Of a stretch of 63,543 bases of DNA, positions 16,876-27,469 are shown in pieces (position 1 is the stretch's first letter; the number at the start of each line of letters is the position of its first letter). The DNA is taken from contig JANRJZ010000178.1 of assembly GCA_033763675.1 (NCBI GenBank), positions 1 to 63,543 on the forward strand. Direction: 5' to 3'. This DNA comes from Gemmatimonadota bacterium. Its GTDB lineage: Bacteria > Gemmatimonadota > Gemmatimonadetes > Gemmatimonadales > GWC2-71-9. Below the pieces are notes generated by a model, which saw nothing but the letters and a program-made list of their open reading frames with translations, made no database searches and was not told the DNA's origin. A program made the translations under genes and the position numbers.

Positions 16876-18930
16876 ATGCTGACCCTGCTTGCCACGCTGA
16901 CCCTGCTCGCCGCCCCGGCCGATTCGCTGTACGACTACCGCACCGAGCGCGGGTTCATCACCCTGCCGGACGGCGCCCGCCTGGCCGCCACCTGGTGGCG
17001 CCCGGTGCCGAAGCACCCCGGCGAGCGATTCCCCGCGCTGCTCGAGTTCCTCCCGTATCGCAAGGACGACAGCTTCTACGCCCGGGACTTCCCGCTGTAC
17101 GACTACTTCGCGCGGCGCGGGCTGCTCATGGTCAAGGTGGACCTCCGCGGCACCGGCGGGTCGGCGGGGCGGGTGCCGGAGCGGGAGTACTCGGAGCAGG
17201 AACTGGACGATGCCGTGGCGCTCATCGCGGTGCTCGCGCGGGACTCGATGTCCAACGGTAGTGTGGGGATGTGGGGCATCTCCTGGGGCGGATTCAACGC
17301 CATCCAGGTGGCCCTGCGGCAGCCGCCCGCGCTCAAGGCCATCCTGGCGCTCCACGCCTCCGATGACCTGTTCCACGACGACGTGCGCTACATCGACGGC
17401 GCGCTGCACCTCGACCCCTACGTCCTGCAGATCGACCACGAGAATGCGCTCCCCCGCACCCCCGCCTACGCCCTGGACAGCGCCTACATCCGCGACCGCT
17501 TCGAGGCCTACCCGTGGGTGCTCACCTACCTGAAGCAGCCGGTGGATGGCCCCTTCTGGCGGACGAACGGCCTCCGCTACCGCCCAGACGATCTCACCAT
17601 CCCTGCCTATTTCATCGGAGGCCTGCTGGATGGCTACCGCGACACCCCGATCCGCGCCCTCGAGTACCTGAAGGGCACGGTGAAGGTGGAGATCGGCCCA
17701 TGGGTGCATGACTGGCCCGACGACGGCACCCCCGGCCCCAACTACGAGTGGCGCGCGCGCGCCGTGGCCTGGTGGAACCACTGGCTGCGGGGCGTCCCCA
17801 GCCCGATCGTGGGCGAGCCGCGGCTGCTGGTCTTCGAGCGGGAGGCCGCCCCCCCGGACCGGAACCTCGAGCAGACGCCGGGGCGCTGGCGCTTCGAGGA
17901 CTGGCCGGTGCGCGGCGCGCGAAGGGACACGCTTTTCCTGGCGCCGGAGTTCCGGCTGGCCCGCCGGATCGATTCCCTGGATGACGCCCCCCCGCACTCC
18001 TGCGCCGAGCCGGACCGGCCGCCGGCGCCGGTGCGGCTGGTGTACCGCCCGGGCTTCGGGGTGATGGCGGGGGACTGGTGGGGGGATCCCACCGGGGACA
18101 TGCGGCGGGACGACGCCGGCAGCCTGGTGTTCGACTCCCCGGTGCTGGATTCGTCGCTCACGCTGATCGGGCTGCCCGCCGTGCGGATCAACACCATCGC
18201 GGGGGCACCGCTCGCCAACTGGACGGCGCGGCTCGAGGATGTGGCCCCGAACGGCGAGGTGGCGCTGGTGGCGGGCGGGGCGCTGAACGCCACCCAGCAC
18301 CTGTCCCGTACCGCGCCGGAGCGGCTGGTGCCTGGCCGGCGCTACACGCTGCACTGGGACCTGCACTTCACCACCTGGACCTACCGGCCGGGTCACCGGG
18401 TCCGGCTGGCGCTCTCCAACGCCCAGTTCCCGATGCTCTGGCCCACGCCCTACCCGATGGAATCCGCCGTGGAGCTGGCGGGCTCCCACCTGGTGCTGCC
18501 GGTGGCGCCGGGCCGGAGCGCCTATCCGGCCCCGGTGCTCCCCGTGCCGGAACCGCGTCGCGACCGGAGCGACGTGACCGATCGCGACGCGCCCCCCTCG
18601 GTGGAACGCACCAGCTACGAACCGCACAGCGGCGTCACCACATTCGAATGGGCCAGCTTTTCGAACTGGGACATCGGCCGGGTCAAGTACGATTACAGCG
18701 AGCGGGAGACCTACACCACCACCGACCGGGATCCCGCCCGGTCCACGTTTCTGGGAGAGGCGAGCCACCGGATCCGGCCGCCCGGACGGGACTTCACCCT
18801 CCGGACCCGGATCGACATCCGTTCCGACTCCACCGCCTTCCATGTGACCATCACCCGGACCCTCACCAGTGCCGGCCGGCAGGTGCGGCAGAAGATCTGG
18901 ACCGAGGCGGTGCCGCGCGAGTTCCATTAG
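16876..18930 (+). CDS. CocE/NonD family hydrolase (S15 X-Pro dipeptidyl-peptidase-like)
   Basis: LEFLPYRKDD, DLRGTGGSAG and nucleophile elbow GMWGISWGG, plus the C-terminal jelly-roll length typical of the family. Confidence 0.85.
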   Translation: MLTLLATLTLLAAPADSLYDYRTERGFITLPDGARLAATWWRPVPKHPGERFPALLEFLPYRKDDSFYARDFPLYDYFARRGLLMVKVDLRGTGGSAGRVPEREYSEQELDDAVALIAVLARDSMSNGSVGMWGISWGGFNAIQVALRQPPALKAILALHASDDLFHDDVRYIDGALHLDPYVLQIDHENALPRTPAYALDSAYIRDRFEAYPWVLTYLKQPVDGPFWRTNGLRYRPDDLTIPAYFIGGLLDGYRDTPIRALEYLKGTVKVEIGPWVHDWPDDGTPGPNYEWRARAVAWWNHWLRGVPSPIVGEPRLLVFEREAAPPDRNLEQTPGRWRFEDWPVRGARRDTLFLAPEFRLARRIDSLDDAPPHSCAEPDRPPAPVRLVYRPGFGVMAGDWWGDPTGDMRRDDAGSLVFDSPVLDSSLTLIGLPAVRINTIAGAPLANWTARLEDVAPNGEVALVAGGALNATQHLSRTAPERLVPGRRYTLHWDLHFTTWTYRPGHRVRLALSNAQFPMLWPTPYPMESAVELAGSHLVLPVAPGRSAYPAPVLPVPEPRRDRSDVTDRDAPPSVERTSYEPHSGVTTFEWASFSNWDIGRVKYDYSERETYTTTDRDPARSTFLGEASHRIRPPGRDFTLRTRIDIRSDSTAFHVTITRTLTSAGRQVRQKIWTEAVPREFH

Positions 18931-19097
18931 CCGGCGGCCCCCCGCACTCCGCCCCAACCTCTCGCGTCCTCCCCCCGGGGCCTGGAATCCGGCCCAGGGC
19001 TTCCAGCCTAAAGCGTTGCTACGAAAGCTGTTAGGAACATTGCGCCGGTGGTCTATTGCTTGCTCTCTGACGGGGGTCTCCCAACGGCCTCCGGACC

Positions 19098-21401
19098 ATG
19101 ACGACCAAGACTCCCACGCTGCTCCTGCTCGCTGCCCTGGCCGCGCCGCTGCCGGCCGCGCTGGCGGCGCAGACGGTCACCGAACTCTACGTCGCCCCCG
19201 ACACCCTGCGGCTCGAGGCGGGCCAGCGGCAAGGCCTCTCGGTACAGGCCTTCGATGACGCCGGCAACGCCGTCCTCGCCCTCCGGTTCCGCTCCAGCGA
19301 CACCCTGATCGCGAAGGTGGCGGAGAACGGCACCGTGACCGCGGTGACGCGGGGGCGGGCGCGGGTGATCATCGAGTCGGGCAGCAAGAGCCGCACGGTG
19401 ACCATCCTGGTGACCGGGCCGGCGCCTGCGTCCCAGCTGGCCACGGCGCGTGCCGCCGCGACCGTCCCGAAGCCGCGCGCCCCGGGACCGACCCCGCCGC
19501 CCGCCGCGCCCCCCGTTGCGGAACCCGCGGCGCCCCCCGCGCCCGCCGTCATCCAGCTTACCGCAGAGCCCGCATCACTCGAACTGCTCCCGTCGGAGCC
19601 GAGCCGGATTGCGCTCCGCGCGCTGCGGGCCGACGGATCGGTGGGGGCGCCGGAGAAGGTGGTCTGGCGCTCCACGCAGCCGCAGGTCGTCGGGATCAGC
19701 GACAGCGGCGGGGGCATCACGGCGGGCTCCTCGGGGCAGGCGCTGATCGAGGCCACGGTGCCGGGGGGGCCGACGGTCTCGGTGCCCGTAACCGTGACGC
19801 TCTCCACCATCGGTGCGGATCGGGGCCGGCTGGTGCTCTCTCCCGATGACAGCGATACGATCTCGATCCTCGTGCCGAGCCAGGGGGGACGGCGCCTGCG
19901 CCCGCAGGACCTGGTCTGGAGCACCACCGATGACGCGGTGCTCGAAGTGCGCCCCGATGGCTTCGTGCGGGCCCGCTCCGGCGGCCGGGCGGAAGTGGTG
20001 GTGCGCGGCTTCCTGCAGGAGGTCCGGGTCCCGGTGATCGTGCACCAGCGGGTGGCCCGGTTCCTGGTGGCGCCGCGCCTCGCCGACACGGTGCGGCTGC
20101 CAGTGGAAACGACTCGCGAGTTCAGCCTGATCCCGCAGACCGTGGACAGCCTCCCGATCGAGGGGGTGCCGATCACCTGGGCGGTGGGCGACACCGCGCT
20201 GGCGGCGTTCGATCCGGCCAGCGGCGTGCTCACCGCCAAGCGCGCCGGCGTGACCACGCTGAGTTTCTCCTCCCGGGGCTTCCTGCCCAGGAGCTGGACC
20301 ATCGACATCCTGCCGGGCGCCATCGCGCTGGAGCGGCAGCTCGTGTCGCTGCCCGCCGGCGAGCGCATCCAGTTCACGCCGCAGTACGTGGACCAGGCCG
20401 GCAAGCCGGTCGGGCCCGCGCGCAACGTGGCATGGGTGACGAGCAATGCCGGCATCGCCCGGGTGGGCGCGGACGGGAGTGTCGAGGGTGTCTCGCCGGG
20501 CCGTGCCACCATCACCGCCCAGGCGGGGAACGGCCCGCCGGCATCGGTGACGGTCTTCGTTCCCGGCGACCTGCTGGTCACCTCCACCCGGGCCGGCCGC
20601 TTCGGGACCTACGCCCTGCTGGCGCGCGCGCCGGAGCAGTTCCTGCCGCTCCTCGCCGACACCTTCGCCAATCATCTCGACGCCAGCTACTCGCCCGACC
20701 GCACCCGGACCGCCTACGCCTCCGACCGGCTGGGCGCGGGGAGCTATGACATCTACGTGGCCGACGCCGACGGCCGGAACCCGGTGCGCCTGACCACCGA
20801 GAGCGGCCACGACCTGCACCCGGCCTGGACTCCTGATGGATCAACGCTGGTCTTCGTCTCGGCGCGGAGCGGGGTGCGCCAGCTCTACAGCATGGGCGCG
20901 GACGGCAGCAACGTCCGGCTGCTCACCGCGCTGGCCGGCGGCGCCGACGAACCGGTGGTCTCCCCCGACGGGCGGCACATCGCCTTCACCGGTTACGCCG
21001 CCGGGCGGGAGGATGCCCCGGACATCTTCGTGATGCCTATCGAGGGGGGCACGCCCACGGCCGTCACCGCCACCCGCGACCGGCGCGAGAGCCATCCCTT
21101 CTACCTGCCGGGCGGCGAGCTGGGCTGGGTGCTGCACCGGAAGGACAAGCGGGAGCCGGAGCAGGTGGTGCGGCAGGGGCCGGCCGGCAGTCCTCCGGTG
21201 ACTCTCGTCTCGACCGAGCTGACCGTGGTGGACGTCGCGGTGGCGCGGGACGGGTCCCGCCTGGCCTGGGTGGGCAGCCGCGCGCCGGAGCGGAACGGCG
21301 GCTCCCCCGAGTTTACATTCCAGTGGCGCCCGCTCCCGGGCGGCGCGGATAGCAGCGTGCGACTCCTCCCCGGGGAACGGATCACGAGTCCCGCTTTTTG
21401 A
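19098..21401 (+). CDS. Secreted protein with Ig-like (Big_2) repeats and a C-terminal TolB-like PD40 beta-propeller
   Basis: Signal peptide. Repeated V.P....L..G....L.A...DA.GN-type Big_2 segments. The C-terminus carries PD40 repeats (SPDRTRTAYASDR..YDIYVADADG, PAWTPDGSTLVFVS, VVSPDGRHIAFTG). Confidence 0.8.
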   Translation: MTTKTPTLLLLAALAAPLPAALAAQTVTELYVAPDTLRLEAGQRQGLSVQAFDDAGNAVLALRFRSSDTLIAKVAENGTVTAVTRGRARVIIESGSKSRTVTILVTGPAPASQLATARAAATVPKPRAPGPTPPPAAPPVAEPAAPPAPAVIQLTAEPASLELLPSEPSRIALRALRADGSVGAPEKVVWRSTQPQVVGISDSGGGITAGSSGQALIEATVPGGPTVSVPVTVTLSTIGADRGRLVLSPDDSDTISILVPSQGGRRLRPQDLVWSTTDDAVLEVRPDGFVRARSGGRAEVVVRGFLQEVRVPVIVHQRVARFLVAPRLADTVRLPVETTREFSLIPQTVDSLPIEGVPITWAVGDTALAAFDPASGVLTAKRAGVTTLSFSSRGFLPRSWTIDILPGAIALERQLVSLPAGERIQFTPQYVDQAGKPVGPARNVAWVTSNAGIARVGADGSVEGVSPGRATITAQAGNGPPASVTVFVPGDLLVTSTRAGRFGTYALLARAPEQFLPLLADTFANHLDASYSPDRTRTAYASDRLGAGSYDIYVADADGRNPVRLTTESGHDLHPAWTPDGSTLVFVSARSGVRQLYSMGADGSNVRLLTALAGGADEPVVSPDGRHIAFTGYAAGREDAPDIFVMPIEGGTPTAVTATRDRRESHPFYLPGGELGWVLHRKDKREPEQVVRQGPAGSPPVTLVSTELTVVDVAVARDGSRLAWVGSRAPERNGGSPEFTFQWRPLPGGADSSVRLLPGERITSPAF

Positions 21402-22435
21402 TTGCCCTGACCCTCACCGCCACCGGCGGGCTGGACCAGTTGCAGCTGCAGGAGCTTCCGGCGCCCGAGATTGCGGCGCCGGACCAGGTGCGGGTGCGGC
21501 TGCACGCCGCCGCGCTCAACCGGCTGGACCTCTGGGTGGCCGACGGCCTCCCCGGCATCACCTACCACTTTCCCCATGTCATGGGCGCCGACGGCGCCGG
21601 GATCGTCGAATCGCTCGGCGGCGCCGTCCGCGGCTTCTCGATCGGAGACCGGGTGCTGCTCAATCCCGGTGTCTCCTGCGGCACCTGCGAGTGGTGCCAG
21701 GCGGGGGAACAGCCCCTCTGCCCCGGGTTCGGGGTGCTGGGCGAGCACCGCGCGGGGACCCTGGCCGAGTATGTCGTGGTGCCGGCCCGGAACCTGGCGC
21801 GGGTGCCCGACGGAATGAGCTGGGCGGAAGCCGCGGCGTTCCCCCTGGCCACGCTCACCGCCTGGCGGATGCTCATCACCCGGGCGCAGCTTCGGCCGGG
21901 GGAGACAGTGCTGATCTGGGGCATTGGCGGCGGGGTGGCGCTGGCGGCGCTGCAGGTGGCCAAGGAGGCGGGGGCGCGGGTCATCGTGACCAGCTCCTCC
22001 GACGCCAAGCTCGCCGCGGCCCGCGCGCTGGGCGCCGACCACGGCCTCAACCACGCCCAGGTGGACGTCCCCCGCGAGGTGAAGGCGCTTACCGGACGCC
22101 GCGGGGTGGAGGTGGGGGTGGACCGCGTGGGACAGGAGACCTGGGAGCGCTCGCTCCGGTCGCTGGCCCGGCACGGGCGGCTGGTGACCTGCGGCGGCAC
22201 CACCGGGCCGATGGTCACCACCGACATCCGCAAGCTCTTCTGGTACCAGTGGAACATCCTGGGCTCCACCATGGGGAACGACGCGGAGTTCCGCGCCGTC
22301 GTGGAGCTGGCGGGCCGGGGCCGGCTCCGGCCCCCGATTGACAGCGTGGTCCCGCTGGCCCGCGCGCGTGAAGCGTTCACGCGGCTGGCGGCGGGCGCCC
22401 AGACGGGCAAGATCGTGATCGAGGTGTCACCATGA
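21398..22435 (+). CDS. Zinc-type alcohol dehydrogenase-like / quinone oxidoreductase (MDR superfamily)
   Basis: Structural-Zn motif CGTCEWCQAGEQPLC and Rossmann motif IWGIGGGVALAALQ. TTG start overlapping the upstream stop. Confidence 0.85.
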   Translation: MIALTLTATGGLDQLQLQELPAPEIAAPDQVRVRLHAAALNRLDLWVADGLPGITYHFPHVMGADGAGIVESLGGAVRGFSIGDRVLLNPGVSCGTCEWCQAGEQPLCPGFGVLGEHRAGTLAEYVVVPARNLARVPDGMSWAEAAAFPLATLTAWRMLITRAQLRPGETVLIWGIGGGVALAALQVAKEAGARVIVTSSSDAKLAAARALGADHGLNHAQVDVPREVKALTGRRGVEVGVDRVGQETWERSLRSLARHGRLVTCGGTTGPMVTTDIRKLFWYQWNILGSTMGNDAEFRAVVELAGRGRLRPPIDSVVPLARAREAFTRLAAGAQTGKIVIEVSP

Positions 22436-23142
22436 GCGAACTGTGGGATCGGCTGCTGATCGGCTGGGGCGAGCTGGCGGAGGTGCTGCCGTCGCTGCTC
22501 GCCGCGGCGCTCATCATGCTGGCCGGCTATTTCGTCGCCCGGCAGCTGCAGCGCTGGACCGACCGCACCCTTGAACGGCTGCACTTCAAGCGCCTGGCCG
22601 ACGCCGGCGGCTTCACCGAGGCGGCCGGCCGGGTCCGGCTGGATCCGGTGCGCGCCATCGGCAAGCTGATCTTCTGGCTGACGATGCTGGTGGTGGTGCT
22701 GCTGGCGAGCTCGGCCCTCGGCCTCGAGAACGTGCGCGAGATGTTCGGCCGGATGCTCGGCTTCCTCCCCACGCTCATCTCGGCGACCGTGGTCATCATC
22801 CTCGGTATGATCGTCGGCGAGTTCGTCCGGGCCCTGATCGTCGCCTCCGCCGGCGCGGTCGAAGGGGTCCCCACCGTGGCCAAGCTCACCAAGGGCGCCA
22901 TGGTGATGATCGCCTTCTTCATGGCGCTGCAGCTGGTCGGGGTGAGCGAGGAGCTGGTTACGTCGGCGTTCACGCTGGTGGTGGGATCCATCGCGCTCGC
23001 CGCGGGCCTGGCCTTCGGGCTCGGCAACCGGGACCTGGCCGGCGAGATCACCCGCCGCTGGTACGAAGAGGGCCGCCGCCGCAACCGGCGCAGGACCGAT
23101 CCGCCGGACCCGCCCGTTCCCGAGGAAGAGGGGGGGCAGTAA
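22432..23142 (+). CDS. Conserved-TM-helix-repeat membrane protein (mechanosensitive-channel-related family)
   Basis: 236 aa with repeated TM hairpins and a charged C-tail. ATGA overlap with the upstream gene. The family call is approximate. Confidence 0.6.
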   Translation: MSELWDRLLIGWGELAEVLPSLLAAALIMLAGYFVARQLQRWTDRTLERLHFKRLADAGGFTEAAGRVRLDPVRAIGKLIFWLTMLVVVLLASSALGLENVREMFGRMLGFLPTLISATVVIILGMIVGEFVRALIVASAGAVEGVPTVAKLTKGAMVMIAFFMALQLVGVSEELVTSAFTLVVGSIALAAGLAFGLGNRDLAGEITRRWYEEGRRRNRRRTDPPDPPVPEEEGGQ

Positions 23143-23163
23143 AGGGAAGAGGGACGCCCAGCC

Positions 23164-24273
23164 CTACTTCACGGTGTACCGCCCCACCCGCTGCCCGTCG
23201 GCGTCCCGCAGGATCACGTACACCCGGCCCTCCGCCCCGAAGCCGGCCAGCGTGCTCGACTTGGGGAGCTGCACTGTCCGGACCTGCTTGCCGCTCCGGT
23301 CCACCACATCCCAGACCGGAACCGAGTCGCCGTAGGGCCGCGCCTGCTGCAGCCAGACGAAGCCCGCGGGATCGGTCTGCCCCGCGATGAAGGGCGGTTT
23401 CTCATCGGCGAACGGGTAGCTCAGCTCGATCCCCGCCGGCGCGCCCATCTGGGCCATCTGGGCCCGGAGCCGCTCGAGGAAGGCGTCCTTCTCATCCTGG
23501 GTGACGGGCACGGGGGTGAAGCTGCGTGACGGGCCGCGGGTCCACTCCCCCGAGGGCGAGCGCCAGTCCACCGCGTTGTTCGAGGCGCGCGCCGCCCAGA
23601 TGGATCCGTCGGGCAGCACGCCGAAGAGGTCGCGGCCGGAGAAGATGGTGGACACGATCTTCATCTGCTCCCCGAACTGGCCCCGGCCCCACACCGGGAG
23701 CTTGAGCCGGGCCACCGTGTCGGCGATCGTGTCGGTGAAGCGCACCCGCAGCACGTTGAGGCTGTCGAAGCCGATCTCCTCGCCCGGCTCGAGCCCCCCC
23801 AGCACCGAGCGGATGTCCTCCTTGTATCCGTGGCCGGCGTGGTCGTAGTAGAGCGGCTGGTTGTACCCCCCGACGCCGCGCCCCGGCACCACCCCCACGT
23901 ACGCGCCGGCGCCGCTCCACATGGTGGTCCGCTCCGCCGCGAAGTCCACCAGCCCGATCGTATCCCCCGCGAAGCGCAGCACGTAGCCCGGGAGCTTGTG
24001 CTTGCCCGGCGCGGGGTCGGTCGGGAGGATGGTGTCGGCGTGTTCGCCGAGGGGAGTGAACTCGCCGGAAAAACTCGCCAGCAGCAGCGTCTTGTCCTTG
24101 AGTTCCGCCAGCGCCACCCGGCCATCGGAGAGCTCCACCACATTGCTCACCTGCTGGAAGGTGCGGGGCAGGGTGGACTCGGGCTGGTCCAGGACGACCA
24201 TCGGCACGGGTGGCTCTGCGCATCCCGCCAGCAGCAGCGCGAGCGCGAAGGGACGGAAACGCCGGACCATCAT
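23164..24273 (-). CDS. Lipoprotein, member of the beta-propeller-like paralog family (copy 1 of 8)
   Basis: Lipobox LLLAGC. Its C-terminal half aligns by eye with 24303-25391 and 25484-26680 (NAVDWRSPSGEW..VPVTQDEKDAFLERL; FADEKPPF; PVWDVVDRSGKQV). Confidence 0.65.
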   Translation of the reverse strand: MMVRRFRPFALALLLAGCAEPPVPMVVLDQPESTLPRTFQQVSNVVELSDGRVALAELKDKTLLLASFSGEFTPLGEHADTILPTDPAPGKHKLPGYVLRFAGDTIGLVDFAAERTTMWSGAGAYVGVVPGRGVGGYNQPLYYDHAGHGYKEDIRSVLGGLEPGEEIGFDSLNVLRVRFTDTIADTVARLKLPVWGRGQFGEQMKIVSTIFSGRDLFGVLPDGSIWAARASNNAVDWRSPSGEWTRGPSRSFTPVPVTQDEKDAFLERLRAQMAQMGAPAGIELSYPFADEKPPFIAGQTDPAGFVWLQQARPYGDSVPVWDVVDRSGKQVRTVQLPKSSTLAGFGAEGRVYVILRDADGQRVGRYTVK

Positions 24274-24302
24274 CGGGAGGACTCCAGGGGAGGGGCGGAA
24301 GA

Positions 24303-25391
24303 CTAGTCGAGGCCGACGGGCGGCGGCGGGGGCAGGCGGAAGCGGAGCAGCCGGATCCCCGCCGCGAACGGTTCGGCCACGAGGGCGTGGGTGGCACCGA
24401 TGGCGATGATCTGTCCCAGGCCGGCGTGGCTCACCTCGCGGCGCAGCGTGCCGCGCTGGTCCACCACCTGGTAGTTCCGGAGTGAATCCCCCACCGCCCG
24501 GCTCTTCACCAGCCAGAGCATGCCGGCGGCGTCGGGGACGGCACCCTCGAACGGCGGCTTGATCGCGGCGAACGGCACCTGGGCCACGGAGGGGCGGAGC
24601 CCCGCGTCGAACCGCCGGAGGAAGAGCTCCCGGTCATTCTCGGTCACCGGCAGCACCCGGTCGGGGAGCTGGGGGCCGTGGTGGACCGCACCCAGCGTGT
24701 CGCGCCAATCCACCCGGTTCTCCGCCACCCGCGCCACCCACAGGCTCCCGTCGGGCAGGACGCCCCACCGGTCCTGCCCCGAGAGAAGTCGCCGCTCCAT
24801 CCGTCGCCGTCCCTGGCTGATCACCTCCGCCAGGTCGAGGGGCGCGAGCCGGGCCACGGTGTCGGTGACGCCACGGAGATCGGTGCGCAGCACCACGGCG
24901 GAATCCAGGTTTCCCCGCCCGTCCCGCCCCGCCACCGGCCAGATCTCGAAGTACCAGCGGCCCGCGGCGTCACGGGCGCGGGGGAGGGCACCACGGAACG
25001 CGTCTACGGCCGGGAGGGCGCCGCCGATCCGTCCCTCCAGCGACCAGGTGGTCTGCCGCCGCTGTTGCCAGTCAGCGACGTAGATCGAGTCGCTGGCGCG
25101 GAAGACGTGGAAGGGCTGCTCCAGCTCCCGGCTGCGGGGGCCGCCGAGCGGGAAGAGTCGGCGGGTCCCGAAGTCCGCCACCCCGACCGTGCGATCCTGG
25201 GGGGAGACCAGCACCCACCGGTCGCCGCCGAGCCAGGCGGCGGCGGCCACCTCCCCCTCATACGGGGCGATGATCGTGTCCGCCGCCGGCGGGAGCAGAG
25301 CCGCGGGAGCCGCGGTCTCGGACCGGGAGCAGGCGGCAATGGTGGCCAGCAGCAGCACCGGCGGGGCGAGCCGGGCGAGGGGACGGGGCAT
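24303..25391 (-). CDS. Lipoprotein, beta-propeller-like paralog family (copy 2)
   Basis: I chose the start at MPRPLARLAPPVLLLATIAAC (lipobox). Motifs shared with its neighbours: ENRVDWRD, LPVTENDRELFLRRF, IKPPFEG, NYQVVDQRGTL. Confidence 0.65.
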   Translation of the reverse strand: MPRPLARLAPPVLLLATIAACSRSETAAPAALLPPAADTIIAPYEGEVAAAAWLGGDRWVLVSPQDRTVGVADFGTRRLFPLGGPRSRELEQPFHVFRASDSIYVADWQQRRQTTWSLEGRIGGALPAVDAFRGALPRARDAAGRWYFEIWPVAGRDGRGNLDSAVVLRTDLRGVTDTVARLAPLDLAEVISQGRRRMERRLLSGQDRWGVLPDGSLWVARVAENRVDWRDTLGAVHHGPQLPDRVLPVTENDRELFLRRFDAGLRPSVAQVPFAAIKPPFEGAVPDAAGMLWLVKSRAVGDSLRNYQVVDQRGTLRREVSHAGLGQIIAIGATHALVAEPFAAGIRLLRFRLPPPPPVGLD

Positions 25392-25483
25392 GGGGCGGGA
25401 AATGTAATGCGCGGCGGTCGGGCGGGGATGGTGCGGCGTTGTGCGACCCCGACCCGGGGCCGGGCATCTTCCCGGGCGTTCGG

Positions 25484-26680
25484 ATGCTGCCGACATTCCT
25501 GACCGTTCTCCCCCGCAGGAGGGTTCCCCGCGTGCGTCGCTTGGTCAGTCTGACTCTCGTCCTGCCGCTGGCACTCTCCGCCCAGCAGGTGCCCAGCCGG
25601 GCACTGGCCACGGCGGAGGCCGAGTTTGCGGAATCCTTCGACCAGATCCTGGCGGTGAGAGAGCTTCCGTCAGGCAAGGTCCTGGTCACCGATCTCGGGC
25701 CCAAGGCGGTCCTCCTCGCCGATTTCGCCAGCGGCACCCAGAGTAACGTGGGCCGGAACGGCCAGGGTCCCGGCGAATACCAGTTCCCGGGCGAACTGCT
25801 TCCCTACCGCGGGGATTCGGTGCTGCTGGTGGACCGGGTCAGCCGTCGCTTCCTGCTCATCTCCCCCGACGGGAAGCTGGGCCGCACCATTCCGTTCCCC
25901 GACGGCCTCGGGGGGATGCCCGAGCCGCGCGGCGCCGACCGCCAGGGCCGGCTCTACTTCCAGGCCAGCCCCTTCCGCGGCGGCCCCGGGAACGGAATGG
26001 AGATCAGCGAGAACCTGCCGGACACCGTCCCCGTGATCCGTTTCGACCCGGTCACCAAGAAGGTGGACACCATCACCCGGGTGAAGATCCCCGCGCTCAA
26101 GGTCCAGACCTCCGGCAACCAGAACAGCCGTATGGTGATGATGCGCTCCCAGCCCTTCGCCGCCGCGGACGACTTGGTGGTGAGCCCGGAGGGGCGCGTG
26201 GCGGTGGCCCGCACCGGCGACTACCGGGTGGAGTGGTTCGGCGGCGCCACCCCGGTCCGCGGCGCGCCGGTGCGCTACGATCGGCTTAAGGTCGGCGCGG
26301 GGGACAAGCAGGCTTTCATGTCCGCCACGCGCAACACCCGGAACCGGATCACCGTGAACAGCGGCGGCCCTGGGCCGGGCGACGCACAGCCCCCACGTCC
26401 CCCCGAACCGTCGGCCGACGAATTCGACTGGCCGGAATACCTGCCGCCGTTCCCCGCCCGCTCGCTGCGGCTCGCCCCCGAAGGCCAGCTCTGGCTGCCC
26501 CGCTCCACCTCGGCCCGGGACTCGACGCCGGTCTACGACCTGTTCGACGCGAGCGGCAGGCACACCGGCCGGGTCACCCTGCCGCTGGGCCGTCGCCTCG
26601 TGGGCCTCGGCAAGGGCGTACTGTACGCCACCCGCACCGACGAGGACGGGCTGCAGTGGCTGGAACGGTACCGGCGGTAG
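25484..26680 (+). CDS. Secreted beta-propeller-like paralog family protein (copy 3)
   Basis: Signal peptide LVLPLALSAQQ. GRNGQGPGEYQFPG motif (NHL / 6-bladed-propeller-like). The C-terminus VYDLFDASGRHTGRVTLP...LYATRTDEDGLQWLERYRR matches the family. Confidence 0.7.
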   Translation: MLPTFLTVLPRRRVPRVRRLVSLTLVLPLALSAQQVPSRALATAEAEFAESFDQILAVRELPSGKVLVTDLGPKAVLLADFASGTQSNVGRNGQGPGEYQFPGELLPYRGDSVLLVDRVSRRFLLISPDGKLGRTIPFPDGLGGMPEPRGADRQGRLYFQASPFRGGPGNGMEISENLPDTVPVIRFDPVTKKVDTITRVKIPALKVQTSGNQNSRMVMMRSQPFAAADDLVVSPEGRVAVARTGDYRVEWFGGATPVRGAPVRYDRLKVGAGDKQAFMSATRNTRNRITVNSGGPGPGDAQPPRPPEPSADEFDWPEYLPPFPARSLRLAPEGQLWLPRSTSARDSTPVYDLFDASGRHTGRVTLPLGRRLVGLGKGVLYATRTDEDGLQWLERYRR

Positions 26681-26704
26681 CGGGTCGTTCCGGCCTTGCC
26701 CGCC

Positions 26705-27469
26705 TTACCCTGATCCGACCGCGGCACGGCCGGGACCGACGCGCCGGACCACCCCAGATCGCAGGCCCGGCACCCGGTGGGACGGTTGCCGCCCCAGGCA
26801 GCCGCTCCGCCGGAGCGCCGATTCCAGCAGCCATTCCCAGCCGGCACGGCGGCTGACCTCCGTCCAGCGGAGGTCGGTCGCGAGGCGGAGCCAGCGCCGG
26901 AGGGTCCGCGGGTCCAGCCCAGCCAGATAGGCCTGCGCCTCGAGCGTGAGGCCGTGCCCCACCCCCGCCACGATCCGCGCCAGCTCTGCCAGCCCCCGCC
27001 AGTCCCGCGCCTCGAACGGCCCCAGCGCCCGCAACCGCCGCGAGAGGGTTCGCGGGGGGTGCGGGCGGCCGCCCGAGTGGAGGCAGTCGAGCAGGAGGCC
27101 TCCGGCCGGGGACAGCCCGAGGCGCAGTTCCACCCAGCGGGCGATGCTCGCGTCCGAGGGCACCAGGCGGTGGCGCACGGCGGCGATCACCCGCTGCTCA
27201 GGAGAGAGGTGCTCAAAGTCCCCGGGATAGAGGAAGGCCCAGGTTCCGGGCACCGGCTCGAATTCGGCCAGGGTACGGGCCGGAACCCGGTGATCGGGGA
27301 GCCGGAGCACCAGGGGTGCCCAGGGTGAGATCGCGTGGGCGCTGAGGGCGCGGGCCAGCGCCGGGATGCCGTCGCTCAGGTCGGCGCACAGCAGGGTCCC
27401 CAGCCCCACGCAGAAGGGGCCAGCCGGCGTGAAGGCGGCGAAGGGCGGTTCCAGGGCGAGCAGGGTCAC
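26705..27469 (-). CDS. 254-aa HTH-like putative regulator, module A copy 1
   Basis: Paralog of 30423-31187, and identical in length if the GTG at 27469 is used (GGAGGAGG lies upstream). Shared C-terminal motif L.G/TDPRTLRRW...GWEW.LE..LRR.G. The xxDPRTLRRW segment resembles an HTH recognition-helix signature. Confidence 0.55.
   Translation of the reverse strand: MTLLALEPPFAAFTPAGPFCVGLGTLLCADLSDGIPALARALSAHAISPWAPLVLRLPDHRVPARTLAEFEPVPGTWAFLYPGDFEHLSPEQRVIAAVRHRLVPSDASIARWVELRLGLSPAGGLLLDCLHSGGRPHPPRTLSRRLRALGPFEARDWRGLAELARIVAGVGHGLTLEAQAYLAGLDPRTLRRWLRLATDLRWTEVSRRAGWEWLLESALRRSGCLGRQPSHRVPGLRSGVVRRVGPGRAAVGSG

Noticed and set aside
18931-19097. Intergenic regions scanned for tRNA/ncRNA genes (also 31188-31597)
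   Set aside because: No cloverleaf-compatible stems or conserved T-loop (GTTCRANYC) motifs were found, so nothing was called.
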